The position numbers and the translations under genes were made by a program. From Octopus vulgaris (lineage: Eukaryota), in NCBI GenBank assembly GCA_951406725.2, contig OX597814.1, positions 89,962,001-90,026,000 of the forward strand: DNA of 64,000 nucleotides. Direction: 5' to 3'. The notes under the pieces were generated by a model. It saw nothing but the letters and a program-made list of their open reading frames with translations, did not search any database and was not told the DNA's origin. Within the stretch, counting starts at the first letter, position 1. Every line of letters begins with the position of its first letter. Shown one piece after another: positions 55,149-64,000 of the stretch.

Positions 55149-57117
55149 AAACCAAGGTAAAATCCAATTTCAGTAAGGAAGAATGGGAAAACCTACGTGA
55201 CATACAACTGGATAAAAACCTCACCATCAAAGAAGCGGACAAAGGGAGTGCTGTGGTCCTTATGGACACGGAATTTTATAAACACCTAGTGTTCTCCATG
55301 CTTAACAATAACATTTTCTATGAGGTTATTAACAACTACAAACAGCAAAAAACAATCAGAAACCTCACCACACTCATACGCCAACACGGTCAGGGACTCA
55401 CAGAAAAAGAAAGGGATTATATCACCATTTTCAAATGCAAGCCCAGCCTTTTTTATGGCCTTCCTAAAATCCATAAAAACAAATACATCACCGAAGCCTG
55501 CAAACTCTCCACTGACATCCACATCAACATCAAAGCACCGGAGGACCTAAAACTAAGGCCCATCGTGGCTGGTACCTCCTGTGAAACACACCGCCTGAGT
55601 AACTTCCTAGACATCCTTTTGAAACCTTTCCTTACCCACATCAAAAGTTTCATTAGGGATGATCTGGACATGCTCAAACACCTCCCGAAAACAGTTAACG
55701 AGGAGGCACTCCTGGTATCCTTTGATGTCATCAACCTCTACACCAACATTCCACATGAGTATGGTATAGAGGCAATTGACTTCTGGCTAGAAAAACACCC
55801 AGAGACATTCCCTGACCGCATTAACAAGTCTTTTATTACAGAATCTCTCAAGTTCATTCTGACAAACAATTTTTTTCTCTTCGACGACACACACTACCGT
55901 CAAAAATGTGGCATTGCGATGGGTACCAAGGCTGCACCAGTCCTTGCGAACCTCATAATGGGTTACTTCGAACTGTCACTCTATGAAATATCAAGCCAGA
56001 AATTTGGACATGTTTTCCACACCTACCTAATGGAAAACTGGAAAAGGTATTTAGATGATTGTTTCATCATATGGAAAGAACCTTATGAAAAACTCCTGGA
56101 ATTCAAAACCATACTAAACAACATACATCCCAACATCCAATTCACTATGGAATTAAGCAAACATCATCTCCCATTCCTTGATCTCCTAATTATAAAAACA
56201 CCTAAGAACCAAATCATAACAGACATCTACCACAAACCTACAGACTCACAACAATACCTCCTCTTTAGTTCATGCCACCCAAAACACACCAAGACAAATA
56301 TCCCTTTCAATTTAGCTAAAAGGGTATGCACCATTGTCTCGGATCCAAAAACACGAGAAATACGCCTTCAAGACCTCAAAAAAACACTATTACAACGTCA
56401 ATATCCCTCCACCCTTATAGAGTATGGAATAAAACGCGCCAAAGAACTAGACAACACTACACTGAAAACCACCCAACCTAACACCACACACAACATCAAA
56501 ATACTTCCATACATTTCCACCCACAACCCCAAAAATATCGAAGCATACACCACAATCATACAAAACCTCAGTCTACTGTCAACAGACCCAAAAATGAAAA
56601 ACATTATAAATACACACAAAATCCTCAAATGCAAAAGGCAACACAAATCTTTAAAAAAACTCTTGACAAATGCCAAACTTCACACACCACATCCACCCCC
56701 AACAGTAAAAAAATGTGCACGCTCAAACTGTGGTACCTGCCCTTTCTACTTGAAGGCTCTGAATTTACCTTCAAACAAGGTACGAAGTTTAAAATCAAGA
56801 CTAACTTCTCCTGTTCCTCCGAGAACCTTATCTACGTTCTCACATGCGCTGGTTGCCAACATAATTATGTGGGACAAACGAGTCTCCCGTTACGTAAACG
56901 AGTAACGGTGCATAAAGAACAAATAAATCTCCCGGAATACCGACAAATTCCACTGAGTGACCACTTAGACTCATGTGCTAAAGACTTAAACCCCAAATTC
57001 TATATATTCCCCTTCTACCAATGTAAAGACGGGATCACCACACAGGAGAGAATTAACAAGGAGAATCTCTTTATTGAAAAATTCCAAACACAACTTAATA
57101 TGCAAACTCCTCGTTGA
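55149..57117 (+). pseudogene. 5'-truncated inverted copy of PLE ORF2 (1-nt frameshift at ~56740)
   Basis: Nearly identical to the minus ORF; split into 55253-56905 and 56629-57117 by loss of one C in a C-run. Confidence 0.92.
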
Positions 57118-57313
57118 TCAAACTTCCTTTCTCTACCTCACTCTTCATGGATGGACTAACACAAATATATAAAGATACCATGCATTCATCACTTCAAGCT
57201 AAAACTTATATTCTTTAAATTTCATTTTCACTATTGTTGTTATTACTATCATTTTTATTATAAATGATATGACAATTTGAAATGCAATTGTCTATGCAGT
57301 TTATATTATTAGA

Positions 57314-57927
57314 AAATAATATAAATAAAGTGTTAAAATCTGAAAGTTAAGTTAACAAGCAATTATATAAAAAAGATAATGCAAATGAAGCTAAAATGAT
57401 AGTTTTATAATTTGGGTTTTATTGAAGAACTCAAAAGAGTTGTCTCCCTTACTCACAACACAGGAACTGAAGAACCAGGACCACAATTACTACTACTTCC
57501 TGTCCTGCAAACATGCTGAATTTAACAACACAACACATCACATGCTCTTAATCCCTTTGGATCTTAACACCTCAAGGTAATTTTTTGGTAAACAACCATA
57601 AAACTCAAGATACACAACGAACTCACAATGTATCGGAGAACTTATTTTTTAATTTTTGTACATTTTTATCATTATTCTTTTACAAAAAACAATGCAATTT
57701 TCTTTTTTTCCCCTTTCTAATTTTTAAAAAAACTTCTTAAAACATAAATATTCTTGACAAGTCATACAATGACGAAAACCGGTTGAATAAATATATATTT
57801 ATATATTTTATCATTTTCTCATTTTATTAGAATTTTCTTTCATTTGAGCATTCTGCATTTTTAAAAAATTTTTCCTTACTTATCATTTCTCCACGTGCGG
57901 TCAACACAACCCCACCATTTATTGATC

Positions 57928-57928
<1 letters not shown>
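57314..57928 (+). repeat. 3' pseudo-LTR of the PLE
   Basis: Follows the ORF2 3' UTR and ends attgatct directly before (TA)n. Confidence 0.9.
57749..57789 (+). ncRNA. Variant minimal hammerhead-like motif in pLTR (U3-A8 core)
   Basis: TATTC-TTGACAA-GTCA tacaa TGAC-GAAA-ACCGGTT-GAATA. Confidence 0.6.
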
Positions 57929-57963
<35 letters not shown>

Positions 57964-58225
57964 CGTATATGTCTGTGTGGCTGTGTTTGTCCCTCTAGCA
58001 TTGCTTGACAACCGATGCTGGGGTGTTTACGTCCCCGTAACTTAGCGGTTCGGCAAAAGAGACCGATAGAATAAGTACTCGGCTTACAAAGTATAAGTCC
58101 CAGGGTCGATTTGCTAACTAAAGGCGGTGCGCCAGCAGGGCCGCAGTCAAATGACTGAAACAAGTAAAAGAGTAAAAGAGTAAGAGTATATAAGGATACA
58201 TAGATACACACAGAGGCACGCATAC

Positions 58226-58274
<49 letters not shown>

Positions 58275-61200
58275 AATATAGAATTATATATGTATGCGTG
58301 AATATTTGTGAGTGGCTGTATGTAGGTATGCGAGGGAGTGAGCGAGTGTGTATGTGTGTCTATGTTTGTGAGTGTATGTATGTGCGTGTGTATGTGTGTG
58401 TGCGTGCGCGAATATACTTATATTTATGACTGTTAATTGGAGTCTGAAACAGCATCTGTTTTTATCGAAAGCCTAGAATGGTAACTAAATTAAGATCGAA
58501 AAAAGAATAAATATTAGGCAGACATGAATACTTTGGAAATATAGGATGGTCTAGAAACATTGAAAGCCATATTAATATTTGGTGATTGAACATCAGTTTT
58601 TGTTTATTTTTTTTCCTTTATAGATAGCAATTCACAGGAACTCTTTGAATAAGACATTCTTAAGATGTAAAAAGATTGGCAAAAACGTTAGCACGCTGGG
58701 CGAAATGCTTAGCGTTATTTCGTCTATCTTTATGTTCTGAGTTCAAACTCCGCCGAGGTCGACTTTGTCTTCCTTTCAGAGTCGATAAATTAATTACCAG
58801 TTGCATACTGTGGTCGGTGTAATCGACTGGCCCCCCTCCCCCAAAATTTCGGGCCTTGTGCCTAGAGTAGAGTAGTAAAGTGTAAGGCGTAAAATATCAG
58901 CCAAAACAAAGCAAAATTAAAGATTGCTAAAAATTTAAAAGCTCCAAACTCACATTTTCTACAGAGAATACAAAATAGACATATTTCAAGCAATAGAACT
59001 AATACCTCTATAACTTAACCGACTCTAGCACTTTCCAGTTCTTAATTCTGAATCAAGAGACATAGATGGTATAGGATAAAGTTGTGAGAAATATACATAT
59101 ATTGGAAATTGAAAGTTCCATCGTTTTTTACATTAAACATGTTTCTTCTCTTCTGTTTTAAAATGCTGTTTATCTTTGATCATATAAATCAGTAATATAG
59201 ACAAATAATTTTGTAAATTTACGCAATTCGATTAAGTAGATTTCTATTCGTATATAATTTTATCTCTAAAACAACCTTTACAATCCATTAGAGCTTTTAT
59301 TCAAATTAGTGATTCGGTCATAGATATACGCACTTCAAAATCTTTGAAATTTTACGATTATTCTCGATCTGTAAGACCTTGTGATCGTGATTTCTATTCA
59401 TGTCAGCTAGAACATCGTAGGATATTGCTGAAGTTTGTAATTCATAGAATTATGCATCTCACACACATTTCAAAAACAATTTGCCCTGCGGAATTCATAA
59501 ATATAAACTTCGTACACAAAATATATGGCATAATCCTCTCTCTAATATCAAATTTATCTAAAACTTAAAAGGAAGCATTTTCCCATAGACCATATATATA
59601 AAAATATATCTACTAAAATAGCGTTGCATGGGAACCTGGCTGCTTTCATAGTCAGCTGAATAAATGAAAGCTTCCCAGTCGATGCAGGAATAATCCATCT
59701 TGTCTATATCATTTTAAGAAGTTTAATATCTTCTTTTTGAGCGGTATGTGTCTTTGAAAAAAAGTTTTAGTAGCTAGCATCGACCTCTATCCAGATAGTT
59801 TTGCAGCCGGAAAGAATGATAATATTAGCAAATATATAATTAGTTCTTGATAAAGGAGCATGCGTTTTGTCATAGTAATGCTTCCAGAGGAATCATTACT
59901 ATAATGTGACACGTGTTTCATAATAGACATCCGTACATGCATGCATTCATATATACATACATACGTAAATATATGTATGCATTTAAAGATGCAAAGGTGT
60001 CATTTATCTTCATTAAGTACATATACACATATTAGTCATACTAGAGTGGAAATAAGATATAATCTCTCTAGGATGCACTTCTAACCTATAGAACTAGGTT
60101 TCCATGTTATTTCTCTTCCTCATATACAATCAGGTGAAAGTTCCTTTGCTGATATCTATGGTTGGACATGGCTTAGTCCAGCTTAATAAATGCAAGTACT
60201 TTGAGATGAAGCCTATTGCCGTTGTATTTTAAAGTTGAAGTGAGTTTTATTAGTCTGTGAAGTTGAGTATTGATTGCATACAAATGCCTACGAGTAAATA
60301 CGTTAAATCCAATTTTTATCTTTTAAAATATAATTTTTCCTGGCCTATTGATGTAATTAGCTAAGTTGATAAAAAAATAAATTTTCATTTTCATCACAGT
60401 TCTCAGTTTATTGATGATGACATGTTTGTTCAAAATAACCCTTAATTATTTATCTTTTTCAACATGTTGATCACATTATTATACAGAATTTTAATTTAGC
60501 ATTAGTGGTCCAATCACAAATTGTTATTTAATTAACTTCTGTATGCTTTTAATGCTGTGATTTTTGATTTACACTGACACGTTATGTCCATAATCTTATT
60601 TCACTACTCTGCTCACTTTTAGTCATTTCATCTCACTGCTATTAACATTAAAATATTCTATGGCAGTTAAACAACAAACATAAGGTGTTTGTTCACAGAA
60701 TAATTCAATACTTAGAGATATAAACTGACAGCTTGAGATTCAGAAAAAATAAAAGAAGAAATCTTTCATAGTCAGTAATAATGTTGATCTTATTTGTATG
60801 TACGTCTCATTTTTTTAAAGATAATTTTTTTAAGAATTCGGAAACAAACAGAAAACATAATTTGCAAAAAGAAAAAGAAAACAAACAAGCAAAAACATTT
60901 TTGTAAACCTACGTAATTAAAAAGGAAAAGGAATACGAAATTATTTGTTATTAAATTTATTATGAATTTTATTGAGAAGCTTCGCAAATATATTCACCTG
61001 TTTTCAACACGAAGACATGTTAAACCATCTGATGTAAACTTTATGGTTATATGTACTTTGACAAATAAAAATAGATATGACAGAAATATAACAAAACATT
61101 AACGTGTATCATCTGTTGCCAACATTTACGTCGTTAATGATCTGACTATCTATCCATGTCTTCATTGAAGATACGTGATAGAGTGTCAATTGTCTCTTTA

Positions 61201-62289
61201 ATCTCATAGAATGCGTCGGTGGTAGAGATGTTGCTAGAGAGTTTTAAAATGAATATTATTTGCAGCTCAGCTTGGGAAGAGTTTAATCTTCTATGTAACA
61301 TTCAACAGTCTTGAAATCTAGAATGCTCACATTATTTTTAGCAATGATCTATACTTAAATATTGGGTATATGTACGATTATGTGAAAACGAACTTACGAA
61401 AGTCTACAGAAGTTAACATTTTAATAATGATTTCTAATTTGAGAAAAATACCATATCTTTATAAGGCGGGCTGATAAAAATTAATGATATGCATATTTTG
61501 GCAATGGATATTAATTGCCTTGTATTTTAAATGAGAGACAGGTCGAAAACAAAAAAAAAACAACATAAACAGCTGTTAGCGTATCAGGAGATATTTCGAA
61601 GGAACACACAACAAATAGATTAATATCAACTTAAGCTCCTCAAAAACACTAGTCCCTCGAAACCACAGAAAAAAAGCTTATTTAAATGCGTCCATCGTCT
61701 TGGTACTGGTAACTTAACAAATGGTACGGCTGATTTTGTTAGAATAAAAAAAAACATCAAAGTAAAACTACCGTAAAAAAAATTAAAAGTCACCACCTGG
61801 TGCGAGTGACATATTTACAAATTAGATCATAAACGACATAGTACATGAATTGAAGGAATCAATGTGACAGGCAGCAAATGGAAATACACCTTTTTGAATG
61901 AAACTATGAAAGAATTTGCCTATATAATCTCTAGCGTAAGAATTATGTCTTGGAATATTTAGAATAATGATGTAGAGGATAATTATCAACAACTAATAAA
62001 GAAAAAATTTAGCTGAACGGGAAGAATACTCGATAAGGATGCCAATCAGCCTACACCACTGACGTGAAAAATCAACAAACTCGACAGATGGTTCTAACGA
62101 ACCGATGACAGAGCATAGATGACGTAGCATTTTCTCTGTAAATTACTCATGATTCTGCATACAAGATCACCCACGACTTTCGTAAAGTATCCACGTGGTG
62201 AGTACCAAGAGTGTTTACCGAAGTGCATCACTGCAATCGTGTAGAGATTTTCAACGCTTACTCGACCGATGCAATGATGTAGGCCAAGA

Positions 62290-62365
<76 letters not shown>

Positions 62366-62436
62366 TGCATATATATATGAATATATATGCATGTATATGT
62401 ATATGTATATATACATGTATATGTATATGTATACAG

Positions 62437-62471
<35 letters not shown>

Positions 62472-64000
62472 CACACACGCACGAGCGAGTGGACAAACGA
62501 AAGAAACCTCGATACTCAACATGTTTATTAGGAGTTATATGTATTAAGAAAGGTTTGATTCAGTTTCGTGCTACTTCAAGTTGTGCAGGTCCTTAACGGA
62601 GCCCGTCTTAACATACATGCGCACACCGGCACACAAATCCATAAAATAACCGGCCTTACTGCTGCCATATACAGAGACACTGACGCCGCCAGTTTCTTGT
62701 CCAACCACGTAGTAAAAAAAATCCTTTTTGTGATGGAATTAGTGTCGAGGAAAAGTTGAAATTATTCACTACAACACTATGTGACCCCCCTTAACTAATA
62801 GCAGCCTATCTTTCGGTAGCCATTTTGGACTTCCATTTGGCATTCCAGAAACCTGAAGAGGTCGGGTTGCCATTAGCGACTTGCAAAACTTAATGTAACA
62901 CGGAAACGAATCAAACGGTTTTGAATAATATATAAATACATACATATATGGGTGTATGTGTGAGTCTTTGTATTTGTGTTCGTCCACCAAGCACTTGACA
63001 ACCGTTGTTGGTACCAGGTTTTAAGATCTACCGGGATCGAATTGTGCGACTAAAAATTCCAGCATGACTGTAGTCCAATGATTGAAACAAGTTAAAGATA
63101 AAAGATTTATACGTGTGTGCGTGCATGTGTGTGTGTGTGCATGTGCGTGTCTGTGTGTGTGCCATGTGTGTGTGTATGTACATGCGTGTGAGTGTAGATA
63201 CGTTCCCGATTGTGTGTGTGTGCGTGTATGCAGGTATCTATATTATGTATACACGTACACAAAGACATGTGAGATTGTAAGTATGTTTAATAATTGTATG
63301 TATGTTGTAAACAGACTAAAAATGTGTGGCTTCGAGCGAATGCCATATAATTACCTCTAGTTCAATCCAACTCTTGTAGTTAGTGACCATTTGAGTGGTG
63401 TTTTAATCTTGCAACCCAGTGGTTTACAAATTCCAATATAAATTATATAAATAAATCGTGGTGGAGATCTCTAGAACTAATACCTTCAGGACATTCTTCT
63501 ATAGATTTTTGCTTTTTAGTGCCAGTCTGTATTACTGAATCTACAAGTTGCTATAGTTGCCATGTGTTAGAATTTATCTTACATTTCAGTGGGTGTATCG
63601 GAGGTTTTTGCTCAAGACAGTATTTAGCGTGACATGTTAATAAAATAGCTATCAGCTGCACGCAGAGTTTGTCGCCTACAGCGGTAACCTATTGCTCCTC
63701 CTGGTCCATCTGTATATTAAAGAAGATTAGCCTATTGAAATATGTAAGTTACATACTGACAAAGAATACGGGAGATCTACAGAACACAAAACAGATTTAA
63801 TTCGGTTTGCAGATCGATATCACACATTCGTGGTCAGCTGTGGCTGTCACATTAGCACATCGTTGACACATGATATAATGATACTAATTACTGCTTGGTA
63901 ACATACTTTAGAAGTTTGAGATCAATACCTCAGTAAGAGATTTTTTATGACATTTTGACGGAAGATCTCAGTAATATCCGATACGGAAAATGTAGCTTGA

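Larger units (their letters stand above)
50482..57928. mobile_element. Young Neptune-type Penelope-like retroelement insertion, head-to-head inverted structure
   Basis: Minus unit 55117->50482 and plus 5'-truncated unit 55149->57928 ending at (TA)n. Inverted arms 50482-52670/55149-57335 and 54511-55117/57314-57928. Confidence 0.95.

Overview
AT-rich, microsatellite-dense eukaryotic non-genic DNA. I found no convincing host exon; the tRNA-derived SINEs and repeat landscape suggest an octopus/cephalopod genome (inference). The window is dominated by transposable elements. The main feature is a young Neptune-type Penelope-like retroelement (PLE) at 50482-57928, arranged head-to-head: a full-length minus-strand unit (pLTR, ORF1, RT + GIY-YIG) joined to a 5'-truncated inverted copy. 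An older relative lies at about 41850-45175, with other PLE, CR1/L2-group, RTE and Chapaev3-like remnants and many SINEs elsewhere. Highlights: (1) an apparent gag-pol-like -1 ribosomal frameshift (T TTT TTA) joining PLE ORF1 to the RT, in the same phase in two diverged elements; (2) a dispersed repeat with a hammerhead ribozyme whose strands are in non-circularly permuted order, with covariation between copies; (3) several Penelope-type minimal hammerheads, including a U3-A8 core variant. All structures were read by eye, not computed.
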